From a virus (lineage: Duplodnaviria; Caudoviricetes): DNA of 64,000 bases. The stretch is taken from positions 32,001 through 96,000 of the IMG/VR virus record IMGVR_UViG_3300037590_000079; one strand, given 5' to 3'. This document shows, piece by piece, positions 45,892-54,733 of the stretch (positions are counted from its first letter, which is position 1; every line of letters begins with the position of its first letter). Below the pieces are notes generated by a model. The model did no database searches. It was not told the origin of the DNA and worked only from the letters and a program-made list of their open reading frames with translations. Position numbers and translations under genes: made by a program.

Positions 45892-46301
45892 CACCGAGCA
45901 AGAAGGAATTCGAGCGGTTACTCCAGCAGCAGTCGCTCATGGATCACATCCGGGATTCGTTCCAATATACCACTCAGAACAGCCTGATGTTGCCATCAAT
46001 GCGCGCAGGCAAGACGACGGCGACGGTGCAGGCTCTCCAGAAGATGAACCAGGACAGGAGAATGCAGGACTTCGCCAGTTCGGTCCAGACATTGCCCTCT
46101 TCGACAACCGACACGTCAAAAGTCCTGGAGGAGATGAACCGGATCGCGAAGTCCTTCAAGAACACCAAGATTCATGGTCGGGAACTCACCAACATCTTCA
46201 TTGATGAATGGACGGATATGCCCCGTGACCAGCAGAAAGACGAGATCGAGGACGAGGATGAGGACTTCTATCGTCACAATCCTGACTGCGGTCGCTTCTG
46301 A
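45888..46301 (+). CDS. Mini-protein with Walker A/B-like motifs and C-terminal YxxNPxxGxF tag
   Basis: RAGKTT, IHGRELTNIFIDEW; ends EDEDFYRHNPDCGRF. Confidence 0.7.
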   Translation: MTPSKKEFERLLQQQSLMDHIRDSFQYTTQNSLMLPSMRAGKTTATVQALQKMNQDRRMQDFASSVQTLPSSTTDTSKVLEEMNRIAKSFKNTKIHGRELTNIFIDEWTDMPRDQQKDEIEDEDEDFYRHNPDCGRF

Positions 46302-46355
46302 CCTGATCTTCCCGCGAGAAATCCGTCTTGCGATCTGATAATATCTAAGTAAGCA

Positions 46356-46574
46356 ATGAGAGAAGGGAAAATCGTGATTAGCGAGCAGGAAGCATTTACA
46401 TGGCTGTTTCGGCAAATCGTGCCCGGCGCCGAAAACGCCGTTGTTCACGATTTCCATGTCGGCGATGAGGATGAGCCCAATATCATCATGCGGGCGATGG
46501 TTGATGGCGAGATTGTCACGAAGATGATCGCCAAAGTCTGGATCAAGGAAGATATGGCACACTGCTGCCAGTGA
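46356..46574 (+). CDS. Hypothetical protein
   Basis: After operator; start uncertain. Confidence 0.55.
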   Translation: MREGKIVISEQEAFTWLFRQIVPGAENAVVHDFHVGDEDEPNIIMRAMVDGEIVTKMIAKVWIKEDMAHCCQ

Positions 46575-46585
46575 GAGGAGAGATC

Positions 46586-47089
46586 ATGCAAGAACACGGA
46601 ATTCACCTGCTTGAGGGAAGCGGCCCCTGCCCCTTCTGCACCCTGAACCTTCTGTGCAAGCCCACGCCGGAACAGGTGCAGGCGCTCGCGGAGATCATCG
46701 AGCGCAACGATCCGTCCGACCCCGATGTGGCCGAGTGCCTGCACGACGGCGATCCGGTCGTGTTCGAAAACATCCTGGACGGATGCCTGCCGGGTGAGAT
46801 CGGCTACTACCTCCAGAACAACGGCCTGCCCTACAGCTGGGCCTGGAGCCCGTGCGACAAGATGGGCGCGTTCGTGGGCGGCGGCATGGAGCTGTGGAAC
46901 CCCGAAAAGGGCTCCTACACCTTCCTGACGCACGAGGAACAGATCGTTCTGCCGCTCACCAAGGCGGTCAATCCCGCACTGGTGCAGGAAGCGTGCGACT
47001 GGCTCGGCTGGCTGGAAGCGCGCATCGACGAGAAGGGTGCCGAGCATCGGCGCTCGAACGAAACCTCCGAGAAAAAGGAAACGGAATGA
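46586..47089 (+). CDS. Hypothetical protein
   Basis: AGGAG RBS. Confidence 0.7.
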   Translation: MQEHGIHLLEGSGPCPFCTLNLLCKPTPEQVQALAEIIERNDPSDPDVAECLHDGDPVVFENILDGCLPGEIGYYLQNNGLPYSWAWSPCDKMGAFVGGGMELWNPEKGSYTFLTHEEQIVLPLTKAVNPALVQEACDWLGWLEARIDEKGAEHRRSNETSEKKETE

Positions 47090-47421
47090 GGACTTTTCGC
47101 TTTATGGGTGCCGCAACGGGCCTTCTGATCTTCCTGGCCGCGATTCTTGCTGGTCCGGTCCTTCACTTTGCGACGATGAAGGAGATCCAGTTCACCGTCA
47201 CCGAGAAGGAGCGGGTGACGAACAGGGATGAAAGTTACTACCTGATCTTCACCGACGGCGAGGTGTTCGAGAACACCGATACCCTGCTTTCGCTCAAGTT
47301 CAACTCCTCGGATATCTACGGCCGGCTCAAGGTCGGCGAGACGTGCCGCGCGACGGTCAACTGGTTTCGCGTGCCGTTCCTGAGCATGTATCGCAACATC
47401 ATCTCCGCGGATTGCGCGTGA
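47086..47421 (+). CDS. Membrane-anchored/secreted phage protein
   Basis: N-terminal transmembrane helix; YLIFTD..VFENTD...KFNSSD.Y..L; R.PFLS.Y.NII. Confidence 0.75.
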   Translation: MRTFRFMGAATGLLIFLAAILAGPVLHFATMKEIQFTVTEKERVTNRDESYYLIFTDGEVFENTDTLLSLKFNSSDIYGRLKVGETCRATVNWFRVPFLSMYRNIISADCA

Positions 47422-47536
47422 CCGCGTGATTCAGTAAGGGGTGATAGAAATATCACCCCTTAACTACCCGCCCGACATCCGATTTTCGATTTGCTACATT
47501 GCAAGTGTCAGTAAGCACATATTGAGGGAAAACAGA

Positions 47537-47851
47537 ATGAGTTTCGAGAAACTGCCTCCGAACGAACGGCGCGCGATCAACTCGATCCTCGATGCCATCA
47601 AGGATCTGGACGACGAGGAACCCGTCAAGGTCGAGGTGTTCGGCGAGCGCGAGCGCGACTACGCCGGCGGCTTCGACCGCGCGAAGATCCTCGCGCATAT
47701 CGGCAACACCGACGTCACCGACCTGCGCCTGTTCAGCACGCAGATCAACGGCCAGATCACCATGCTGCACGGCGAGGGTGACGATTTCATCCAGGATATC
47801 TCGGGCGAGACCGAGGCCGACCTGGAGAAGATCGAGAGGCTGCTGCCATGA
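47537..47851 (+). CDS. Hypothetical protein
   Basis: Promoter/operator, GAGGG RBS. Confidence 0.7.
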   Translation: MSFEKLPPNERRAINSILDAIKDLDDEEPVKVEVFGERERDYAGGFDRAKILAHIGNTDVTDLRLFSTQINGQITMLHGEGDDFIQDISGETEADLEKIERLLP

Positions 47852-48063
47852 GCCTGATGAAGATGATCAATGCCGCCTTCGAGAGCGAGGATGGCGCCGG
47901 ATTTACGCTCAATATCTGGCTACAAGGCGGTGCCCATCTGCGCAACGTCGCCATCAGGCCGCACCGCCCTGATGCCTCGTGTCTGATCGGCGAGTTCCAG
48001 GAAACGGGTAACCCGGTCTGGGTGCGCCTCAGAGACATCGCGGCGCTGGAGATCGAGTGGTGA
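47848..48063 (+). CDS. Hypothetical protein
   Basis: ATGA coupling. Confidence 0.6.
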   Translation: MSLMKMINAAFESEDGAGFTLNIWLQGGAHLRNVAIRPHRPDASCLIGEFQETGNPVWVRLRDIAALEIEW

Positions 48064-48428
48064 GGGATCTGCTCGACACCCTGCCCGACGAGGCCGCGCA
48101 GCGCCGCGAGGCGATCTTCATGCGTGTGATGAGCCGCGTGGCGATCGATCCCGCGCTGACCTTCGACGGCACGCCCTGCTGGACATGGCAAGGACCGACC
48201 AGTGGCGACGGCCGCGGCGGCGGCTATCCCAGGATGTGTCTCGACGGCCAGACCGTAGCGGTTCACCGGGTCATGTATATCAACGCCTTCGGTTACGTGC
48301 CGGGCAAGAAGCAGATCGACCACAAGTGTCGGAACCGCTGCTGCGTGAACCCCAATCACCTGGAAAAGGTGACGCACAGAATGAACCAGAAACGGCGTGC
48401 CGCGGCGCGCAATGCAGAAGGGGAATGA
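48057..48428 (+). CDS. HNH endonuclease
   Basis: CWTWQG, GY, VHRV.Y, IDHKC.NR.CVNP.HLE.VT...N. Confidence 0.85.
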   Translation: MVRDLLDTLPDEAAQRREAIFMRVMSRVAIDPALTFDGTPCWTWQGPTSGDGRGGGYPRMCLDGQTVAVHRVMYINAFGYVPGKKQIDHKCRNRCCVNPNHLEKVTHRMNQKRRAAARNAEGE

Positions 48429-48910
48429 CCATGAAAATCAAATTGAAGAACATCCGGCACAACGCGGCCATGTCCGAGGAGACGCACTGCTTCTCGGCAT
48501 CGCTCTATGTGGACGGCGTCAAGATCGGCACGATCGGCAATCGTGGCCACGGGGGCTGCGACGAGTTTCACGGCGATCGCGACGCCTACGCGCGCGCCGA
48601 CACCTGGTGCCGTGCCAATCTGCCCAAGTGGGGCACTGAGTATGACGAGAAATGGCGCGACACCGACCTGGAAATGCACATCTGCGACCTCGTCAACCGG
48701 CACCTGATCCGCCAGGACATGAAGCGGATGATGCGCACCAAGATCCTGTTCGTCGAGAACGGCAATCTGATGCAGGTCAGCTACAAGGGCACGCGCAAGA
48801 TCGACCAGCGGCACATCGACAATTTCAGGCAGCGCCACCCCGGCGTCGTGCCGCTCAACGACATGCCCGAGGACAAGGCGCTGGAGACGTTCCGCGCCCA
48901 CGCAGCCTGA
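48425..48910 (+). CDS. Conserved-type hypothetical phage protein
   Basis: LKNI.H...SEET.CF.ASLYVDG.......N.G.GG. Confidence 0.75.
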   Translation: MTMKIKLKNIRHNAAMSEETHCFSASLYVDGVKIGTIGNRGHGGCDEFHGDRDAYARADTWCRANLPKWGTEYDEKWRDTDLEMHICDLVNRHLIRQDMKRMMRTKILFVENGNLMQVSYKGTRKIDQRHIDNFRQRHPGVVPLNDMPEDKALETFRAHAA

Positions 48911-48935
48911 ACCACCTGCCAGAAAGGAAAACGCC

Positions 48936-49436
48936 ATGAAGGCCGAAATGAGAATCGGGCTGATCGATTACGACGAAGAGGAGCCTGGCCCGCTGTCCTC
49001 GACCACCCGGATCGATCTGGAAGTGGAGAACGACGGCATCATGATGCAGATGCCCGATGATCGCCAGGACGACAGCACCTATCCCCGCGGCGTCAAGATC
49101 GAGGTCAACTCCGATGGCGAACTGTGCGTCCTCAGCTACGCTCTCGACACCGAAGAGCCGCTACGCGTCCGGCTGCCCCGCGACGGTGGCTTCATCACCG
49201 AGGATCTCGGCGACGAGAACAATGACGTGGTGAACGAGACCGAGCGTCTGCGCCGGCAGGTCGAGGCACTGGAGGCACTGCGGCCGGTCTGGGCGCAGGG
49301 GCACACGAATGACGGCCTCGCGGCGCAGACCTTCGGCAACGCGCTCTCGGAAATCTGGCGGCTTCTCGGCGTTCGGGATCAGACCGGAGCCGTCGCCGCG
49401 ATCCGCGACCTGCAACACAAGAACGGAGAGTGCTGA
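48936..49436 (+). CDS. Hypothetical protein
   Basis: AAGGA RBS. Confidence 0.7.
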   Translation: MKAEMRIGLIDYDEEEPGPLSSTTRIDLEVENDGIMMQMPDDRQDDSTYPRGVKIEVNSDGELCVLSYALDTEEPLRVRLPRDGGFITEDLGDENNDVVNETERLRRQVEALEALRPVWAQGHTNDGLAAQTFGNALSEIWRLLGVRDQTGAVAAIRDLQHKNGEC

Positions 49437-50053
49437 TGGGGATCCGTATCAGGAACTGCGTGGGCTGGGGCCTCGATCTCACCGGGCTCGACAAGACCGT
49501 GATCGGCAATCACGACCGGATCGAAAGCGAGGATCGGTTCAATCGCTGGCGCGCGGATGTGGAAAGCTACGCCATCGCCAATAACGATCTGATGGAAAAG
49601 ATGATGCTCAAGTCGGCGGACAAGGTGGGTCGCGCCACTTCGCTTGCCGACATGATCGTGATGGACGAGGAGTTCGGGCTCGCCGACAAGGCGCTTTTCG
49701 TTCCAATCGGCTATCACAAGACGTGGATCCGCTACGGCGATCTCCTCGATATCTTCGAATACGAGGCGATGCACGATCACAAGAGCCCGGACTGGATGAC
49801 GCCTGAGTGGATCGAGAAGCCGGGCACGCTCTACCCGTTCATCGGCCTGATGTGCGCGAATCCGAACAAGCCGCTCGGTTACGAGGAGTTCTGGGAGCCC
49901 TGCTACCTGGATCGCGCGGAAACTCGTGACGCTATTCCCAAGGCACCGGCGCATCTGTGGTTTCTGATCAAGCATCTGGAGCTGGTGCCGCAGGAGCAGG
50001 TCGCGGATGTGTTCCTGCGGCTGCGGCCGACCTTCTACAGGTATTTCTCCTGA
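49436..50053 (+). CDS. Hypothetical protein
   Basis: TGATG coupling. Confidence 0.75.
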   Translation: MGIRIRNCVGWGLDLTGLDKTVIGNHDRIESEDRFNRWRADVESYAIANNDLMEKMMLKSADKVGRATSLADMIVMDEEFGLADKALFVPIGYHKTWIRYGDLLDIFEYEAMHDHKSPDWMTPEWIEKPGTLYPFIGLMCANPNKPLGYEEFWEPCYLDRAETRDAIPKAPAHLWFLIKHLELVPQEQVADVFLRLRPTFYRYFS

Positions 50054-50355
50054 TGCCCTGGGTCGTGAAGGACGGCATGGCCGAGTGGTTCGACTGGGAC
50101 AGCGACGCCCTCGACGGCACGTCCCAGTGGTATGGCACGCTTGCAGGCGCTGTAGCGCACGCAGGAGTGCAGGCAACGGCCTTCGCGCACCCCTGCAAGG
50201 CCGAGACCCTTTACGACGCTCACAGGGCGCTCACAGAGCGTCTCTGGGTGCCCGTCGGTGTCATGCTCGACTATCGCATCGCCGCGATCCCGAACCGGCT
50301 CGTGCTGCCGCCCTGCTCAGCTGCCGACATAACCCAGACACAGGGCGCGTCTTGA
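50053..50355 (+). CDS. Hypothetical protein
   Basis: TGATG coupling. Confidence 0.55.
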   Translation: MPWVVKDGMAEWFDWDSDALDGTSQWYGTLAGAVAHAGVQATAFAHPCKAETLYDAHRALTERLWVPVGVMLDYRIAAIPNRLVLPPCSAADITQTQGAS

Positions 50356-50382
50356 TCTGCTATATTGTAAGTAAGCAGTGAG
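50356..50382 (+). promoter_or_regulatory. Extended -10 + operator
   Basis: TCTGCTATATT-GTAAGTAAGCAGTGAG. Confidence 0.75.
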
Positions 50383-50396
50383 AGAAGGAGCGCGAC

Positions 50397-50594
50397 ATGA
50401 AACTGGAAGATCTCAAGGAAGGCGACGTGGTGAAGGTCGATGATGGCTTTCCCTGCATCGACGCCTTCGTCGAAAAGCGGGTTCACATCGACGCGTGGGG
50501 CAATCTCTACGTGTTCTGCAAGAAGGGCAAGCACCTCCTGGACAGCCAGGAAGATGTGGATGGCGAACTGATCGGCATCTCGAAGGCGGCCTGA
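50397..50594 (+). CDS. Hypothetical protein
   Basis: Promoter/operator, AAGGAG RBS. Confidence 0.7.
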   Translation: MKLEDLKEGDVVKVDDGFPCIDAFVEKRVHIDAWGNLYVFCKKGKHLLDSQEDVDGELIGISKAA

Positions 50595-50692
50595 TGTGCA
50601 TTCCCCGTCTGCACTACGAAATCCTGTGCGCGATCTGGGGTGAGGCGCTGGTGCGGATGTTCTACCGCCCTGCCCGGCCCGGCGCGTTCTGA
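50594..50692 (+). CDS. 32-aa micropeptide ending FYRPARPGAF
   Basis: TGATG coupling to the upstream gene. Confidence 0.4.
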   Translation: MCIPRLHYEILCAIWGEALVRMFYRPARPGAF

Positions 50693-50763
50693 TCCGTCAT
50701 GACCTGCGACCCCTGCGACGACTGGTCGGCACACGACCTGCGCAAGATCAAGAGGAGATACCC

Positions 50764-50991
50764 ATGAGCGACTACAGCCAGGCCCTGCGCACCCTCAACG
50801 ACGCGGTCTACGCGGCGACGCGTGCGGCCGCGGCCGCGAACCAGCGTGCCGACCAGGAGCGGCTCGCTCGTATGGCACGCGAGATCGACGACATGGTGGA
50901 CGGGCGCGCGAGCGCGCTGCGCGCGCGCCGAATGAACGCCGAGCTGTCCGCCGCGGAGCGCGACCTTCTGCACCTGAAAGGCATGGCCTGA
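50764..50991 (+). CDS. Hypothetical protein
   Basis: GAGGAG RBS. Confidence 0.65.
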   Translation: MSDYSQALRTLNDAVYAATRAAAAANQRADQERLARMAREIDDMVDGRASALRARRMNAELSAAERDLLHLKGMA

Positions 50992-51155
50992 TGGGCCTGC
51001 GCCAGGAAATGGAGGACTTCGAGGCGGCGATCGCTGCGGGAAAGGTCAAGGAATGGCGCGCAGGCGAGTGGTCGCCGCGCCGCGACTACCCCACCGATCC
51101 GAGCGCGCGCGAAGGACTCAGCACGCCGCAGATGGAACGCCTGAGAGGAGACTGA
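50991..51155 (+). CDS. 54-aa hypothetical protein (not in ORF track)
   Basis: TGATG coupling; fills the gap before 51160. Confidence 0.55.
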   Translation: MGLRQEMEDFEAAIAAGKVKEWRAGEWSPRRDYPTDPSAREGLSTPQMERLRGD

Positions 51156-51159
51156 CGCC

Positions 51160-51609
51160 ATGAGCGAACGCACCGCGACGCTGACCCTGACGAAACACCA
51201 GCTCGGCGCGATCGAGACGGCGCTGCATGACCTGCACGAAGCCGCCAAGGAGTGCGACCCGGAGATGGTCGAGACCGGCTACGGCCAGGCGACCGCCAAC
51301 TCCATCGGTCTGCTGGGCATGACGGTGACACGCGCCCTGGACCAGCTCACCTACGGATGCGTCGATTGCGCCGTGAACACCAAAGAGATCAAGGAATACT
51401 ACAACGTCCACGACTTCGTCTGGGCGAAATCCGGTCTCGGTGCGCATGACGGCATGCTCTGCATCGGCTGTCTCGAAAAGCGCATCGGTCGACCCCTGGA
51501 ACCCGAAGATTTCACCGGAGCACCGATCAACATGATGAACAATATATCGGAGCGCATGCGCGCCCGACTCGGCAATCACAACATTGAGAAGGAGGCGTCA
51601 TGCCGCTGA
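51160..51609 (+). CDS. Hypothetical Zn-finger protein
   Basis: CVDC...EYY.V.D.VW...LCIGCLE.R.GR.L...DF. Confidence 0.7.
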   Translation: MSERTATLTLTKHQLGAIETALHDLHEAAKECDPEMVETGYGQATANSIGLLGMTVTRALDQLTYGCVDCAVNTKEIKEYYNVHDFVWAKSGLGAHDGMLCIGCLEKRIGRPLEPEDFTGAPINMMNNISERMRARLGNHNIEKEASCR

Positions 51610-51821
51610 TCTATCGGATGTTCGATGAGGATTCGAAGCGCGCCTGGATTGCTTTCAGCGACCGGCGTGACCCCGAACCGCATCAGCCGCACTGCATGCG
51701 CGTCGTGATAACCGGAACACGGCGCCGTGCCGCGCATGATCGCGTCGGCGTCGTGGGCCGCACACCCACCGAGGCGCTCTACCGCCTTCGCAAGATCGAG
51801 GAGAAGATGAAATGCCGCTGA
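51600..51821 (+). CDS. Hypothetical protein
   Basis: AAGGAGG RBS. Confidence 0.6.
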   Translation: MPLIYRMFDEDSKRAWIAFSDRRDPEPHQPHCMRVVITGTRRRAAHDRVGVVGRTPTEALYRLRKIEEKMKCR

Positions 51822-52198
51822 TCTACCAGCACCGCATCTACCGCAAGGATCTGCGCGCGAACCCGCACATCCTCTATGTGTTCGGCGACAACGTGAAACG
51901 CGTCGGCCTGGGCGGCCAGGCGCGCGAAATGCGCGGTGAGCAGAACGCCGTCGGTATCGCGACGAAATGGGAACCCGACACGCGTCCCGCGTCGTATTTC
52001 AGCGACCGGCTGATCGAGCGGGAAAAGGAGATCATCCTCAACGATCTCCTGCCGGTGATGGCCGCGCTGATGAAGGGCGAAGTCGTGATCTGGCCGCTCG
52101 ACGGCATCGGCACCGGCCTGAGCGCCATGCCCGATCGCGCACCGCAGACCTGGGCATGGCTCGAAGAAGTGCGCAAGATGATGGAGAAAACGGCATGA
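51812..52198 (+). CDS. Conserved-type phage protein
   Basis: YVFGDN....G.GGQA..MRGE.NAVGI.TK; P.DGIGTGL. Confidence 0.75.
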   Translation: MPLIYQHRIYRKDLRANPHILYVFGDNVKRVGLGGQAREMRGEQNAVGIATKWEPDTRPASYFSDRLIEREKEIILNDLLPVMAALMKGEVVIWPLDGIGTGLSAMPDRAPQTWAWLEEVRKMMEKTA

Positions 52199-52710
52199 TC
52201 TTCAACACCGAAACCAGCGTGATCTTCGATATCGACGGAACGGTCGCGGATATTTCGCACAGGCTGCATTTCATAGACGGCTCGAAAGGCGAGAAGGACT
52301 GGGACAGCTTCTTCGCCGAAGAGAACCTGATCAAGGACAAGCCAATCCCGGAGACCTGGGCGATCCTGGCCGCGATCCTGCGGGTTCATCATCCGCGGGT
52401 GCTCTTTGTTACGGGGCGGCCCGAGCGCCAGCGACATGCGACCTACAGGTGGCTGACAGACGCCAACTGCAAACATCGCCATCTCGCCGCACATTACTGG
52501 CGGTTCGAGCACCACAACAATACCCCGCTGCTGTTCATGCGCAGCGACACCGACAGACGGCCCAGTCACGAGGTGAAAGAGGATCTGGTCAGGCGGGTGC
52601 GCGCGAGCGGATTCAATCCGCGGATCGCGTTCGAGGATCGCAAGCAGGATGCGGATATGTGGCGCCGCAACGGGCTGATCTGCTACCAGGTGGCCGAGGG
52701 GGATTACTGA
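52195..52710 (+). CDS. HAD phosphatase (polynucleotide kinase-phosphatase/PseT phosphatase-like)
   Basis: FDIDGT, VTGRPE, LFMR...D.RP...VK, FEDR, QVA.GDY. Confidence 0.85.
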   Translation: MIFNTETSVIFDIDGTVADISHRLHFIDGSKGEKDWDSFFAEENLIKDKPIPETWAILAAILRVHHPRVLFVTGRPERQRHATYRWLTDANCKHRHLAAHYWRFEHHNNTPLLFMRSDTDRRPSHEVKEDLVRRVRASGFNPRIAFEDRKQDADMWRRNGLICYQVAEGDY

Positions 52711-52711
52711 C

Positions 52712-52909
52712 ATGAAGACGGTAATCAAGCCTTGCCCCTTTTGCGGAGCCAAGCCGCACAAAAATCTTGGCAAGGTCTGGCATGACCAGCTCCACGGAGA
52801 AAAGCATCAGGATACCATCATCGCCTGTCCGCACCTGTGCGCCTCGATGCGGGGTAGTGAGGACGCGGTAATAGAGCGCTGGAATACCCGTGTCGAAGGA
52901 GATCGCTGA
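52712..52909 (+). CDS. Lar-like restriction-alleviation Zn protein
   Basis: KPCPFCG ... C..C ... A.I.RWNTR. Confidence 0.6.
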   Translation: MKTVIKPCPFCGAKPHKNLGKVWHDQLHGEKHQDTIIACPHLCASMRGSEDAVIERWNTRVEGDR

Positions 52910-52910
52910 C

Positions 52911-53102
52911 ATGCCCGCCAACACCGGAAGCACCATCTACGTCGATACGGTCAGCATGATCGACGGCATGATCGAGGAGATTCGGGGCTATCGCGCGACC
53001 GAACATACCGAGGCGTGGCTCGTCTACCTGTTCTCCTGCGAGACGATCCGGATTCCGACGCACCGCGTCGCGATGGTCGTGACAACAGAGGAGAGAACCT
53101 GA
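52911..53102 (+). CDS. Hypothetical protein
   Basis: AAGGAG RBS. Confidence 0.6.
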   Translation: MPANTGSTIYVDTVSMIDGMIEEIRGYRATEHTEAWLVYLFSCETIRIPTHRVAMVVTTEERT

Positions 53103-53284
53103 TGAAGAAATCGACCAAGAAAACCGGTCGGATCGGCCGCTTTCTGTGCCGCATCGGCATGCATAAGTGGGGACCGAAGTTTCCCGCCGTGCGCACCCTG
53201 CACGGCATGAGCCTCTGGGGCACGCAGGCGCAGGACTGTCAGCGCGAAGGATGCAGCTACAGGCTCTGGCACTGGCCGTCGTGA
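53102..53284 (+). CDS. DUF1660-like Cys/His mini-protein
   Basis: IGRFLCRIGMHKW...CQREGC; similar to 32595..32741. Confidence 0.6.
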   Translation: MKKSTKKTGRIGRFLCRIGMHKWGPKFPAVRTLHGMSLWGTQAQDCQREGCSYRLWHWPS

Positions 53285-53352
53285 TCGCGAGCGAGACAGG
53301 ACCGGCCGGGCGTGCTATACTTCGGTCAGCGGTGACTGAGTAGGATTGCACC

Positions 53353-53577
53353 ATGTTCGACTTTCTCACACGGATCGGCCTGCCCTGGGAGAAAGTTGCA
53401 CCCGCGTGGTTACGCGGCACATCCCGTCTCATCCACAACGCCATCTGGAAAGATATGGATCAGGATCTCTGCTCGCGCGCCGTCTGGAAGGGCTGGAAGC
53501 GCTGGATACGCACCTTCGGGGTCGAGCACTGCGTGGACAGTTTCCTGCACTATCACGGCAAGAAAAAGAGCCGCTAG
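53353..53577 (+). CDS. Hypothetical protein
   Basis: TGCTATA element and operator upstream. Confidence 0.6.
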   Translation: MFDFLTRIGLPWEKVAPAWLRGTSRLIHNAIWKDMDQDLCSRAVWKGWKRWIRTFGVEHCVDSFLHYHGKKKSR

Positions 53578-53639
53578 TATCCTGCCGTAAACCGCAAGTC
53601 GCTGTTCTACAATGAGAAATAGCAACTTGTGGAGGATCT

Positions 53640-53939
53640 ATGTTCATATACGCGGACAACAGGCAGCCCTTCTCGGGCAGCATCAACGTGTGGAACTGGG
53701 ACGGCACCAAGAAGTTCCTCGAACACTACGACAACTACCTCTTGCTGCACCTCTTCGCCACCGAGGGCACGCGCGCAGAGCGCGCCCAGGCGGAAAAGGA
53801 AATCGCGATCTGCGAGCGTAAGATGCGGTTCTGGCGGCGTCACCCGAAATTCGACAGCGACGTGGCGCAGAAGGAGATCGAGACGCGCGTGCAGCAATGG
53901 AAGGGCCGTCTTGCGAAGATTCCCAGGGCCGGCCTGTAA
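53640..53939 (+). CDS. Hypothetical protein
   Basis: GGAGG RBS. Confidence 0.7.
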   Translation: MFIYADNRQPFSGSINVWNWDGTKKFLEHYDNYLLLHLFATEGTRAERAQAEKEIAICERKMRFWRRHPKFDSDVAQKEIETRVQQWKGRLAKIPRAGL

Positions 53940-54021
53940 GCGCCGCAAGAACCCAGCCGTAAGCCTCTGATTTCTTTGCTAATTTGTGAGCATAACGCAA
54001 GCAGAGACAAGGAGTGAAATC

Positions 54022-54465
54022 ATGAGGGTGCTCAGCAAGGGCCGCGTCTGGGACAAGGAGGCGATCCAGGCGCTGATCGACAACAACGACCAGGCGGTCG
54101 CACGCGCGCTGATGGTCGTATACGCAAATCAGACCGACGACGAGCGCGCCCAATGCACGACGCGCCACGTCAACAACGTGGGTTTCACCTCGCACGACGC
54201 GGAAGCGCTCACCGATATCGCGCAGAAGTGGAAGCGCTGGGGTCGCTGGGCATCTGCGCGCCAGTGCAACTTCGTGCGCCGCAAGGTGCGCAAGTATCAC
54301 CGCCAGATCCTCGAACACATCCTGTCGATCGATCCCGAGGCGCGCAAGATCGACGCGCGCGAGGCCAAGCAGATCGCGCAGAGCGAGGACGCGCCGCAGG
54401 TGTCGCCGCAAAGCAACACAACCGAAAACGAACCGCTGACCGATTTCCATCGCTTCGCGATGTAA
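54022..54465 (+). CDS. Conserved-type hypothetical phage protein
   Basis: V.RAL...Y..QT.DE....T...N.VGF...DA..L; KY.RQ. Confidence 0.75.
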   Translation: MRVLSKGRVWDKEAIQALIDNNDQAVARALMVVYANQTDDERAQCTTRHVNNVGFTSHDAEALTDIAQKWKRWGRWASARQCNFVRRKVRKYHRQILEHILSIDPEARKIDAREAKQIAQSEDAPQVSPQSNTTENEPLTDFHRFAM

Positions 54466-54493
54466 GTAGGCACTGAGTGAAAAGGAAAAGACC

Positions 54494-54733
54494 ATGACTA
54501 TTCTGAACGCTGACCCATCTCCGAACCATCACTACCAGGTGGACGGATTGACTGAGCCAGGCGGTCTGGATGGGCCAGGCATGCGCGAGAGCGATCCCGA
54601 AATAGGCGTGTATCCGCCTTTCGCGATCTTCATGCCTGGCCCGCAAGACTATCTGCCCGGCACGTTCGAAACCCGTGAGGAGGCGGAAACGATCTGCGCC
54701 ACCCTGAATAACGCATGTGGAGAGCAGCCATGA
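54494..54733 (+). CDS. Hypothetical protein
   Basis: RBS, operator upstream. Confidence 0.6.
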   Translation: MTILNADPSPNHHYQVDGLTEPGGLDGPGMRESDPEIGVYPPFAIFMPGPQDYLPGTFETREEAETICATLNNACGEQP

